Assembly: GCA_016744275.1 (NCBI GenBank)
Contig: JADGEP010000002.1
Coordinates: 1-32,070, forward strand
Reading direction: 5' to 3'
Source: Candidatus Krumholzibacteriia bacterium
GTDB lineage: Bacteria; Krumholzibacteriota; Krumholzibacteriia; LZORAL124-64-63
DNA length: 32,070 nucleotides
A program made the translations under genes and the position numbers. Shown piece after piece: positions 17,777 to 26,894 of the stretch. The stretch's first letter is position 1. Every line of letters starts with the position of its first letter. Under the pieces are notes generated by a model, which did no database searches, was not told the DNA's origin, and was given only the letters and a program-made list of their open reading frames with translations.

Positions 17777-19142
17777 GCAACAGCCCTCCTTTCGCGAACT
17801 GGAACAACTGATCGCCACGCAAGCGGATGACGGTCTCCTCTTCGCTGCGTGCGATTTCGAGGCGACCCACGAAACCACCGCCCGGGATGACGAACCGAAG
17901 ACCAAACCCGTACGACGTGGTCATGTCGGTGGTATTGAGCTGGTCCAGGTCATCGAAGACCTGCCCAAAGTCGGTGAACAGGTAGGAGTCCAGTCCATAA
18001 CCGTCCGGAGTGTTTCGGGCAAAGATCGGCCAGCGATACTCCACGGTGGCTGCGGTCATGCCCAGATCGCGCCAGCGATAATCCTGATAGCCTCGCAACA
18101 GATCAGGGTCGTCGTTGACCATCAACCGCTGGAACGGGATGGCGTTGTCGCCCTTGTTTTCCAGCCAGCTGATGTGGGCCCGGAAGGCCAAGGTTCGGCG
18201 CGGGCTGAAAGGTGAGAAGAACTGCTGAATTTCTCCGCGCAGTTCCCAGAACCTGGTGTTCGTATCGTCATTATCCATGAAGTAGGTCGTGCGCACGCGC
18301 TGCACGCCGCCATCGGCGGGACGACCCACCTGGTCGGTGCTATCGTGGCCCAGTGACAGACCAAAAGAGAGTCCGTTCGAACGCTCGCCATACCCAACCG
18401 GGCGCACCGCGAAGACATCCTCCAGAGGCACATTATCCTCGGGCTCGCCCGGCCCGCGCGTGCCCACGCTGGAGTACATCCCGGACATCTCGATGAAAAA
18501 GTCGTTGGCTGGTTCGTAGCGGTAGTTGCCGCCGAACCAGGTCATCTCCTGGGTGAAGAAGGACTGGTCATTTTCATTGGTCAGCGGGCCGGTTCCGAAG
18601 TAACGAGTGTTGGGCTGGTTGCGGTAGCCGAAGCCGAGGTCGAACAGGCTGGAATCCGTCTTGTGCAGACGCAGGCCCAGGGTGACCTCGCTGAAATTCT
18701 TGGTGGTGTACTGCAGGCGCAGTTTGAATTTTCCGCCGGTAGGCAGGAAACCGGGATGCGTCACCGACAGTCCGCCGCCGTAGCCACGCAAACCACCAAA
18801 AGTGAAGTTCTTGCCGATGGTGGTTCCCCAGGGGCCCTCGAATGGCTTGAAGAGTTTGGCTCCCTGGGTGATGACACCGCTTTTATAGGCCGCGGTGCCC
18901 ACCGCCTCGCTTCCCACGTAAACCAGCTGCAGCGGCAGCACGATCAGGCGATAGGGGTAGTAGAGCGATTTTTCCCATAGAGGCTTCGGAACGTTCTGCG
19001 CCTCGGTGGCGACCGAATCGTCATGGGCTGGGATGGGACCCCAGCGACTCGGGCCCGAACCGTCCTCTGCCAGTGCACCGCAGGCGCCGGCCAACAGGAG
19101 AATGATCACGATCATTCCGGTAGGGCGATGGAACGGAGCCAT
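17748..19142 (-). CDS. outer-membrane beta-barrel protein, Omp85/surface-antigen (D15)-like
   Basis: Signal peptide MIVIILLLAGACGALA. Alternating beta-strand patterns run throughout. The C-terminal block YGFGLRFVIPGGGFVGRLEIA...LRGDQLF resembles the terminal strands of bacterial surface-antigen barrels. The 3' end overlaps the next gene's start by 29 nt. Confidence 0.65.
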   Translation of the reverse strand: MAPFHRPTGMIVIILLLAGACGALAEDGSGPSRWGPIPAHDDSVATEAQNVPKPLWEKSLYYPYRLIVLPLQLVYVGSEAVGTAAYKSGVITQGAKLFKPFEGPWGTTIGKNFTFGGLRGYGGGLSVTHPGFLPTGGKFKLRLQYTTKNFSEVTLGLRLHKTDSSLFDLGFGYRNQPNTRYFGTGPLTNENDQSFFTQEMTWFGGNYRYEPANDFFIEMSGMYSSVGTRGPGEPEDNVPLEDVFAVRPVGYGERSNGLSFGLSLGHDSTDQVGRPADGGVQRVRTTYFMDNDDTNTRFWELRGEIQQFFSPFSPRRTLAFRAHISWLENKGDNAIPFQRLMVNDDPDLLRGYQDYRWRDLGMTAATVEYRWPIFARNTPDGYGLDSYLFTDFGQVFDDLDQLNTTDMTTSYGFGLRFVIPGGGFVGRLEIARSEEETVIRLRGDQLFQFAKGGLLHGRNPIPSR

Positions 19143-19394
19143 GATGGAATAGCCCCCATGCTGATAGGCATTGGCCAGTCGGGAAGCAAGGAAACCCTTG
19201 CTCCGTAACTAAACCGATTGGTGAGAAATAGACGAATGAGATTAGATAACACGGAAATTGTTTTGTCGCAATAATGTACAGATATGGTGAGGGCGGTTTA
19301 CAAGGCCAACTCGCCTTCAGATTTTCCATACATGATAAAAAACATCTGCTATCTTGTGCGAGCCAATACTTCTGTTCATCAAGGGGAAGCTGCT

Positions 19395-21065
19395 GTGATA
19401 AATCGAATTTCTGCCCTGATCGCCATTCTCTGTCTCACCATGGTTCTTTTGACCGGCTGCGCAGGCAAAGCGCCCGCGCCTGAGATGTCCACCGCACCCG
19501 ACTTATTGGCCGGTGTGGACACCTACACCCGACCCATCACCACCGATTCAGGAATCGCCCAGCAATGGTTCGACCAGGGCTTGATACTCCTGTACGGCTT
19601 CAATCACGATGAAGCTGCCCTGTCGTTCCGCCAAGCCGCCGCCCTGGACCCCAAAGCGGCCATGCCCTGGTGGGGCGTTGCTTACGCGGCGGGCATGAAC
19701 ATCAATGATCCCCAGATGACTGAAGAACGTTGGCAGATTGGCCACGAAGCTGCCCAAAAAGCCCTCGGTTTGCTCGACGAAGAAAGCAGCCTCGAACACG
19801 CCCTGATCCACGCCGTGGCCCAACGCTACACCTGGCCCGCCCCGGCCGAACAGCGCCCTTACGACGAAGCCTACGCCTCGGCCATGCAGAACGTGTACGA
19901 ACAGTACGGCAACGATCCGGACGTGGCTGCGCTCTACGCCGAGTCGTTGATGGACCTGCAGCCCTGGGCCTACTGGAATGTCGCGGGCGAACCCGCGGGC
20001 CGCACGACCGAGTTCATCGCCGCCATCGAGAAGACGTTGAAGCGCCACCCGGACCACCCCGGCGCGGCTCATTTCTACATCCACGCCATGGAGGCGGGGC
20101 CATCGCCGGAAAAGGCTGTGCCTTACGCCGAAAAACTGGAAGCCCGCGTACCCGGCGCCGGTCATCTGGTCCACATGCCATCGCACATCTATGCCCGCGT
20201 GGGTCGCTACGGTGACGCCGCCGACGCCAACGTGCGCGCCGTCGCGGCCGACCGGGAATATTTCAGCAAAGCCGGCCAACAGGGCATGTACTTCATCTAC
20301 TACGCCCACAACCAGCACTTCCTGGCCTACGCTTCGATGATGGAGGCGCGCTACGAGCCGGCCATGAAGGCGGCCCGCGAATTGGAAGCCGATATGCCGG
20401 CTGAAGTGCTGCAGGAACTGAACTGGCTGATCGAAGGGATTATGCCCACCAACTATCACGTCATGATCCGCTTCGGGCGCTGGGACGACATCCTGGCCGA
20501 ACCCTTGCCGGCCGCCGACCGCCTGGTCACCACCGCGGTACACTACTACGCCCGCGGCATCGCCCTGTCGGTGTTGGGCCGCACCGCAGAAGCGCGGCAG
20601 GAAACCGCCAAATTCGAAACCGCAGCGGCCGCTGTGCCCGATGAGTGGTGGGTGTTCAACAACCGCATGCACGACGTGCTGCCCATCGCCATGGCCATGT
20701 TGGAAGGCGAAACGGCCTACCGCGAAGGCCGGCTGGATGAAGCCTGGGCCGCCCTGCGCCGCGGCATCGAAGCCGAGGACAAACTGGTATACGACGAGCC
20801 CCCGGCCTGGATGCTGCCGGTGCGCCACTCCATGGGTGCGTTGATGCTCGAAGCTGGCGAATATGCCGAGGCCGAGAAGTTGTACCGCGAAGATCAGGAG
20901 CGGCATCCGGGCAACGGGTGGTCGCTGCTGGGGCTCAGCCAGGTGCTCGAAGCCCAGGGGCGCGGTGAAGAGGGTGCACAATACGCGGCGGCTGCCAAGC
21001 AGGCCTGGTCGCGGGTTGAGGACAAGCCTTCCAGTTCGTGTCTTTGCGCGCCGCGGGATCAATAA
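19395..21065 (+). CDS. TPR-containing lipoprotein
   Basis: The GTG at 19395 gives VINRISALIAILCLTMVLLTG-C, a signal peptide with lipobox. TPR-like helical pairs occur at the N- and C-termini (for example EAGEYAEAEKLYREDQERHPGNGWSLLGLSQVLEAQG). The track ORF begins 37 codons upstream. Confidence 0.7.
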   Translation: MINRISALIAILCLTMVLLTGCAGKAPAPEMSTAPDLLAGVDTYTRPITTDSGIAQQWFDQGLILLYGFNHDEAALSFRQAAALDPKAAMPWWGVAYAAGMNINDPQMTEERWQIGHEAAQKALGLLDEESSLEHALIHAVAQRYTWPAPAEQRPYDEAYASAMQNVYEQYGNDPDVAALYAESLMDLQPWAYWNVAGEPAGRTTEFIAAIEKTLKRHPDHPGAAHFYIHAMEAGPSPEKAVPYAEKLEARVPGAGHLVHMPSHIYARVGRYGDAADANVRAVAADREYFSKAGQQGMYFIYYAHNQHFLAYASMMEARYEPAMKAARELEADMPAEVLQELNWLIEGIMPTNYHVMIRFGRWDDILAEPLPAADRLVTTAVHYYARGIALSVLGRTAEARQETAKFETAAAAVPDEWWVFNNRMHDVLPIAMAMLEGETAYREGRLDEAWAALRRGIEAEDKLVYDEPPAWMLPVRHSMGALMLEAGEYAEAEKLYREDQERHPGNGWSLLGLSQVLEAQGRGEEGAQYAAAAKQAWSRVEDKPSSSCLCAPRDQ

Positions 21066-21105
21066 AATCAAAGCCAAACTCATTTGCTCGAAAGGGAAAG
21101 ACTAG

Positions 21106-21894
21106 ATGGGATCAGCAAAGGTACAGGGCGCTCTGTGGAACCATAGCCCAACCGGGTGGAGTATTCAGGAGCGACTCCATACGCCCATTTTCGAAGCGAT
21201 GTTGGATGCTACCGACGTCACCTCCGGTACCCGAATTCTGGATGCCGGTTGTGGGTCCGGAACGGCGTCGGTATTGGCCGCAGCACGTGGTGCAAAAGTC
21301 ACGGGAATTGATGCCGCCGATGGGCTTGTCACTTTTGCCAGCAAGGCCGTGCCCGCTGGCACCTTCAGCGTATCGGATATCCAGGAGCTCAATTTCCCGA
21401 ACGACTCCTTCGAAGTTGTCTTCGCCGCTAACGCAGTTCAGTACGCCGAAGACTCCGTTGCCGCTCTGCGGGAGTTCAAACGCGTTTGCAGGAAGGGCGG
21501 CATGGTCGTTTGCAGCCTTTTCGGACCACCAGAAGGAATAGACTACAAAGCGGTGTTTGCCGCCGTAAAAGGAGCAATGCCGCCACCACCTGCGGACGCA
21601 AAACCAGGTGGACCCTTCGCTCTTTCTGGCAGCGGCGTCCTGGAGAGACTGTTCACCAAGGCAGGGCTCGATGTCGTTAAAACTGGCAAAGCAAATTGTC
21701 CCTTCAGCTATGAAAACTTCGACCAGAAGTGGGAATACTCCGTAGGCGCAGGACCCTTTCAGGGGATGATGAAGGTCATCGGCGAAAGTGCCTTGAAGGA
21801 AGCGATTCGGCAGGGATGTGAGGGTTACACCAAAGAAGATGGAAGCATTGTATTTCCGACGAATGAATTCATCTACGTCGTGGCCAAGGCCTAG
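21106..21894 (+). CDS. class I SAM-dependent methyltransferase
   Basis: Motif I is RILDAGCGSGTASVLAAARGAKVTGIDAA. The post-I and motif II layout includes FDVVFAANAVQY-like FEVVFAANAVQYAED. Confidence 0.85.
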   Translation: MGSAKVQGALWNHSPTGWSIQERLHTPIFEAMLDATDVTSGTRILDAGCGSGTASVLAAARGAKVTGIDAADGLVTFASKAVPAGTFSVSDIQELNFPNDSFEVVFAANAVQYAEDSVAALREFKRVCRKGGMVVCSLFGPPEGIDYKAVFAAVKGAMPPPPADAKPGGPFALSGSGVLERLFTKAGLDVVKTGKANCPFSYENFDQKWEYSVGAGPFQGMMKVIGESALKEAIRQGCEGYTKEDGSIVFPTNEFIYVVAKA

Positions 21895-22015
21895 GACTGG
21901 TTTTCAGGGGAGCGGGTCGGGCGCTGAGCACCCTTTGGGGATAATCCACATTTAACCTGGCGGTTTCTGCCCAACCGCGACGCGTCTCAGAGTAACCCGA
22001 ACTCTGGAGGCAAAG

Positions 22016-25000
22016 ATGCGGTATCTAGGCAGGCGCTTAACTCAGGCCACATTCATCAATGCGATTATAGCGGCAGCCGCCATGCTGGCTTTGCTGCCCG
22101 GACTTTCCCTCGCCGACTGGGACCCCGACGGCATGCCGCTGGGCTTGGGTCCCGGAGACCAGAACCCGGCCACTGCCGGCGGAACCAGTGTTTGCCATGA
22201 CGACGTCGGCGGCGTGATCGGCGCCTACCGCATAGGAACCGCCGAAATTCGCATCAACCGCCTGGACGGCATCAACGGTGCCGGCCAATGGTCCGGCGCC
22301 AATGGCCTCCTGGTAACGGCCACCGCCGGTGGTCCGCCCCACGTGGTCAAGGACACACAAGGCGGCGCCTGGGTCGCCTGGTACGATACGCGCACCACCG
22401 GCACGGGCTCCGGCTTGTATGTCCAGCACTATGACGCGTTCGGCACCACCACCTATTCCGCCGCGGCAAGACGCGTCGCGTCAGGGACGGCCCCCGACCC
22501 CAGCGGCAACACCATCGACATCGACATTGCCAGCACCGGTGACCTGGTGGTGGCTTGGCGAGGCGGCGTCAACGGCATCTGGGTGCAGAGGATTCTGTTT
22601 GACGGGTCTTATGGCGTCTTCGCCAAGGTGTCGAATGATCTGAACATGGCGCGCGTGCAGGTGATGGCCGACGGTGACGGGTTTGTCGTGGCCTGGGCCT
22701 GTTTGCGGGGATCGGATCAGGGGATCTGGGCAAATCGTGTCACGTCCACTGGCACGCTATTGTGGGGCGCCGAAGGCAAACAGGTCATGAACCGCGGTCC
22801 CGGAACCGCGCCCAAACAACACACCGCAGCCTGGGACTCGGGCAGCCTGTTCGTGACCTGGTCTTTCCAACCCACCGGCGCGCGTTTGGGTCTGCGGGAC
22901 GTGTATGCGCAACGTCTAGATAGCAATGGGGACTGGCAGTGGACCAACGCCACCCTCGGCAAGGCCGTGCTCTACGCCACGTTCATAAGCGGCAATTCGA
23001 CCTCCACCCAGCAGGACACCGAGCCTCAAATTGTGCCGGACGGCGCCGGCGGTTGCCTCATCACTTGGCGCGATGAGCGGGACTTCTACAAGCCCGGCAG
23101 CAACGGCTTCACTCACGGCATCGATCTCTACGGCCAGCGACTCAACAGCGCCGGCACTCCACAATGGATATTCAATGGCAAGGCGCTCGAGGCCTCGAAC
23201 GGCACGCAGAAGGATGCCAAGCTGGTGAGCGATGAGGCCGGCGGCGGGATTCTGGTTTACATGAGCTACTTTGGCCCCACCCGCGACATCCGGGCCAAGC
23301 GCATCAACGGAGATGGCAATACGACCTGGGGCCGAACGGTCTGCGGGGCCAGCGGTGAGCAGGAGGCGCCCCTGATCGCGGCCGATGGCCTGGGCGGGGT
23401 GGTTGCGGTCTGGGAAGATGACCGCAACGGCGATGTCGACATCTACGCGGCCCACCTCGGTGCCAACGGCACGCCCTTCGCGCCCGCTCTGAATTTGTCT
23501 GCGCCCAACGGAGGCGAGTACCTCCTGGCTGAGACCACGCAAGCGATCACCTGGACCTCCAACTTTGCCGGCAACGTGGCGCTCAGTTATCGGCGCGAGG
23601 GTTTTGCTCCCGTCAGTATCGCATCGTCGACGCCCAACGACGGCGAGTATTCGTGGACGGTGCCCAGCCTAACATCAGACGGGGCGCGGATCATCCTGAC
23701 CGAGCTTTCGGGGACTCTGACCGATAGCAGCAGCTCGACGTTTGTGATCTGCAACCCGCCCTTTCTATCGGCTTCGACCCGCACCGATTTGGCCCAGGCA
23801 CGCGACCTGGCCGTGGCCGATTTTAATGGCGACCGCATCCCTGACCTGGCGGCGGCCGTCGGCGACGGCCTGGCCGTATCCCTGGGCACAAATCTGGGCG
23901 GATTTGGCGACGGAACCTTCATCTTCCCGAAGTACTACGCCATGGCCACCAACGGACGCGCCGTGGTGATCGATGATTTTAATGGCGACAGTATTCTTGA
24001 CTGCGCGGTGACTCAGGATACTGGAGTCGGGCTGTTTCTGGGTCTTGGCACTGGGGGGAACGGCAACGGCGCTTTTGGTGACGTTTCCAATCACACCACC
24101 GGCACCAATGCGCTGGGTTTGGCGCGTGGTGATTTTAATGAAGACGGCATCAGTGATTTGGCCGTGGCCAACGGCGGCTCGGCCTCTGTCTCTATCCTGC
24201 TGGGCAACGGCAGCGGCGGCAATGGCGACGGCACTTTTGCGGCCCCGGTGAACTATGCAACGGCGGTCACGCCGACGCGCATTGTCGTCGCCGATTTCAA
24301 CAACGACGCCATCGATGATCTGGCTGTCACCTGCTACAACGGGGGCACATTTGCGGTTCTCTTGGGCCAGGGCAGCGGCACCGTCGGCGACGGAACCTTT
24401 GCTGGGGCCGTCAATGCCTGGAGCACATACCAGCCGCGCGGTTTGGCCGCAGGCGATTTTGATGAAGACGGGAACATTGATCTGGCCCTCGGCAACGGCA
24501 ATACCGCCATTTCCATCTGCCTGGGCAATGGAGACGGCTCGTTTGCCGCTCCCAACATCATCGCCGGCGCCCGGGGCAATCGCGACCTGGCGGTGGGCGA
24601 TTTCACCGGCGACGGTATCGCCGATTTGGCGGCTGCCGCCGGTTGGGACGATGAAGTGTCGCTGTATGCGGGCAACGGAATTGGCGAGCTCGGCGACGGC
24701 ACCTTCCGTTTCATCGCCAGTTACGCCACCGGTGATACTCCTGAAGCGATCGTCGCGGCCGATCTCGACGGTGATCTGCGCGCCGATCTGATCACGGCCA
24801 ACTACGGTACAAATGACGCCACCAGCTTCCACGGCAATCTGGGCGATTGTCAGCTTGCGGACGCTGGAATCAACGTGGTTTCCCCCAGTGGTGGCGAAAA
24901 TTGGTTGGTCGGCTCGGTGCAAACGGTCAACTGGATCGCCGAGGCAGGCGTGGCCACCGTGAATCTCGAAGTCTCCCGCAATGGCGGTCAGAATTGGGAG

Positions 25001-26800
25001 CTCCTGGCCGAAAACCGGCCCGGTTCGTCGTGGCAGTGGAATGTGACGGCCCCGATTTCGACTTCCACCCTGTTGCGGGTTTATGACTCCACCGCCGTCG
25101 AGCGCCACGGCATCAGCAATTCGTCCTTCACCATCAGCACCAGTTTTTCTGACCTGGGCGCAGCCAACGGGATGGCTGATACGGGCGGTGGCTCGGGCGC
25201 GGCCTGGGCCGACTACGACGGCGATGGCGACCTGGACCTCTATCTGGCCCTTGTCAACGGCGAACCCAATCGGCTCATGCGCAACGACGGCGCGGCCGGC
25301 TTTGTCGACGTCGCGGCCAGCGCGGGGGTTGCCAATATTGTTACCGGACGCGGCGTCGCCTGGGGCGACTACGACAACGATGGGTTCATCGACCTGTTCG
25401 TCACGACGCTTTCTCCGAACTCGGAGCTTCTGTACCGCAACCGGGGCGATGGAACCTTCGCCGAAGTGGGCGCCGCCATGGGCATCGTGACCTCGTCAAC
25501 GGGACGCACGGCCGCGTGGGCCGACTACGACAACGACGGTGATCTTGATCTGTACCTGGCCAAATCCGGCGCCAATTTCCTGTACCGCAACGATGGCAGC
25601 GGATTTGCCGAAGTGGGCGCTGCCGCCGGCGTTGATGATACCGGCACCAGCCAAGGCGTGCAGTGGGCGGACTACGACAACGATGGTGATGTCGACCTCT
25701 ACGTCAGCAACACAGGCGCCAACAAACTGCTGGCCAACAATGCCGACGGCACCTTCACCGATGTGACCGGAACCGCCGGTGTCGCCGGCAGCGCCAGTTC
25801 GCGCGGTGTGGCCTGGGGCGACTACGACAACGACACCTACCTGGATCTCTACGTGGCCAACGCCAGTGGCGCCGCCAATACGTTGTACCGCAACCTGGGC
25901 AACGGCACCTTTGCCGAGGTGACCGGTGCCGTCGTCAGTGACGTCAATACGGGTGCATGCCCGGCCTGGGCGGACTACGACAACGACAGCGATCTGGATC
26001 TCTTTCTCTCGGTTGCCAACGGCCCCAACAAACTCTATCGCAACGAGGGTGGCGGCGCTTTCAGCGACGTTTCGGCGGCCGCGGGCCTGGATGACGCCGG
26101 CGTCAGCATCGGCGCCAGTTGGGGCGACTACGATGGCGACGGCCAGATGGATCTCTTCGTGGCGAATTTTGGTCAGGCCGACCGGCTCTACAAAAACGCC
26201 GCGGGCCAAGGCAACCATTGGCTTCATCTGGACCTGAAAGGCACGGTGTCAAATCGCTCGGCCATTGGCGCGCGGGTTCGCCTGCTGGCCGGTGGGGTGC
26301 TCCAGGTTCGTGAGGTTTCCGGAGGATCCGGCATGCATTCCCAGGACTCGCAGAGGGTCGCGTTTGGTCTCGGTGCAGAGACCATGATCAGTTACGTGGA
26401 AGTCTATTGGCCCAGCGGCTTGGTCACCCAATTCGGCAGCAATACTCCTGTCGATCAACGCCTCACCCTACTGGAAGACGGCGGCATGTCGGAGGTTGGG
26501 GCGACGCCCGCCCGCCCGTTGGCCCACGCGCTTCATCCGGCGGTGCCCAATCCGTTCAACCCGACAACGACCCTGGCCTTTGACCTGCCGGCGGCGTCCA
26601 GCGTGCGCTTGCGGGTTTTTGATCTGGCCGGAAGACTCGTGCGCACCCTGGTCGAGGGAACCCGTCTGGAAGCCGGGACCCATCGGGTGTTGTGGGATGG
26701 CCGAGATGAGCGGGGTGCTGCCGTCAGCGCGGGGGTGTATCTGTATCACCTGGATGCGGGCGCATTCGCCCAGACGCGGCGCGCAGTGATGGTCAAGTGA
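22016..26800 (+). CDS. giant secreted repeat protein with four parts: N-terminal unnamed repeats, 7 FG-GAP blades, VCBS/FG-GAP repeats plus UnbV_ASPIC domain, and a FlgD-Ig/T9SS-type CTD
   Basis: GGAGG RBS and a signal peptide. Seven DFNGD..DLAV...G.GDGTF units span about 23800-24845. Seven WADYDNDGDLDLY...N.LYRN.G.GTF..V units span about 25195-26200. They are followed by NHWLHLDLKG...IGARV...GGSGMHSQDS (ASPIC/UnbV, CRTAC1-family layout). Confidence 0.9.
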   Translation: MRYLGRRLTQATFINAIIAAAAMLALLPGLSLADWDPDGMPLGLGPGDQNPATAGGTSVCHDDVGGVIGAYRIGTAEIRINRLDGINGAGQWSGANGLLVTATAGGPPHVVKDTQGGAWVAWYDTRTTGTGSGLYVQHYDAFGTTTYSAAARRVASGTAPDPSGNTIDIDIASTGDLVVAWRGGVNGIWVQRILFDGSYGVFAKVSNDLNMARVQVMADGDGFVVAWACLRGSDQGIWANRVTSTGTLLWGAEGKQVMNRGPGTAPKQHTAAWDSGSLFVTWSFQPTGARLGLRDVYAQRLDSNGDWQWTNATLGKAVLYATFISGNSTSTQQDTEPQIVPDGAGGCLITWRDERDFYKPGSNGFTHGIDLYGQRLNSAGTPQWIFNGKALEASNGTQKDAKLVSDEAGGGILVYMSYFGPTRDIRAKRINGDGNTTWGRTVCGASGEQEAPLIAADGLGGVVAVWEDDRNGDVDIYAAHLGANGTPFAPALNLSAPNGGEYLLAETTQAITWTSNFAGNVALSYRREGFAPVSIASSTPNDGEYSWTVPSLTSDGARIILTELSGTLTDSSSSTFVICNPPFLSASTRTDLAQARDLAVADFNGDRIPDLAAAVGDGLAVSLGTNLGGFGDGTFIFPKYYAMATNGRAVVIDDFNGDSILDCAVTQDTGVGLFLGLGTGGNGNGAFGDVSNHTTGTNALGLARGDFNEDGISDLAVANGGSASVSILLGNGSGGNGDGTFAAPVNYATAVTPTRIVVADFNNDAIDDLAVTCYNGGTFAVLLGQGSGTVGDGTFAGAVNAWSTYQPRGLAAGDFDEDGNIDLALGNGNTAISICLGNGDGSFAAPNIIAGARGNRDLAVGDFTGDGIADLAAAAGWDDEVSLYAGNGIGELGDGTFRFIASYATGDTPEAIVAADLDGDLRADLITANYGTNDATSFHGNLGDCQLADAGINVVSPSGGENWLVGSVQTVNWIAEAGVATVNLEVSRNGGQNWELLAENRPGSSWQWNVTAPISTSTLLRVYDSTAVERHGISNSSFTISTSFSDLGAANGMADTGGGSGAAWADYDGDGDLDLYLALVNGEPNRLMRNDGAAGFVDVAASAGVANIVTGRGVAWGDYDNDGFIDLFVTTLSPNSELLYRNRGDGTFAEVGAAMGIVTSSTGRTAAWADYDNDGDLDLYLAKSGANFLYRNDGSGFAEVGAAAGVDDTGTSQGVQWADYDNDGDVDLYVSNTGANKLLANNADGTFTDVTGTAGVAGSASSRGVAWGDYDNDTYLDLYVANASGAANTLYRNLGNGTFAEVTGAVVSDVNTGACPAWADYDNDSDLDLFLSVANGPNKLYRNEGGGAFSDVSAAAGLDDAGVSIGASWGDYDGDGQMDLFVANFGQADRLYKNAAGQGNHWLHLDLKGTVSNRSAIGARVRLLAGGVLQVREVSGGSGMHSQDSQRVAFGLGAETMISYVEVYWPSGLVTQFGSNTPVDQRLTLLEDGGMSEVGATPARPLAHALHPAVPNPFNPTTTLAFDLPAASSVRLRVFDLAGRLVRTLVEGTRLEAGTHRVLWDGRDERGAAVSAGVYLYHLDAGAFAQTRRAVMVK
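26525..26797 (+). other. C-terminal sorting-type domain (FlgD-Ig / Por secretion tail-like), copy 2
   Basis: VPNPFNPTTTLAFDLPAASSVRLRVFDLAGRLVRTLV...WDGRDERGAAVSAGVYLYHL...VMVK is paralogous to 8512-8781. Confidence 0.75.
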
Positions 26801-26894
26801 TGGGCACTGTCAGGTGTCGCGGTGAGGCTCTGTTGTGGTATGTTTCGTCGCAACGCGCCATCCCGCTACATCTTGACGAGCCCCGGAGGCCTCC

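Noticed and set aside
16058-17905. Upstream extensions of track ORFs: the 17905 start for the kinase-like gene, the 16001 TTG for msrA, the 19284 ATG for the TPR lipoprotein, the 5412 ATG for the HExxH gene and the 30139 start for dinB
   Set aside because: In each case an internal start has a strong Shine-Dalgarno sequence and yields a sensible N-terminus (a signal peptide, a lipobox or the conserved core). The extension overlaps the neighbouring gene or encodes junk.
19548-21083. 511-aa minus-strand ORF, together with similar long ORFs at 5649-6803(+), 5968-6810(-), 7393-8421(-), 13896-15062(+), 23765-25108(-), 25496-26227(-), 30049-31149(-) and 31242-32069(-)
   Set aside because: These are shadow frames opposite or overlapping well-supported genes. 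Their translations are dominated by R/G/P/A/H runs typical of off-frame high-GC DNA, and they have no motifs or RBSs.
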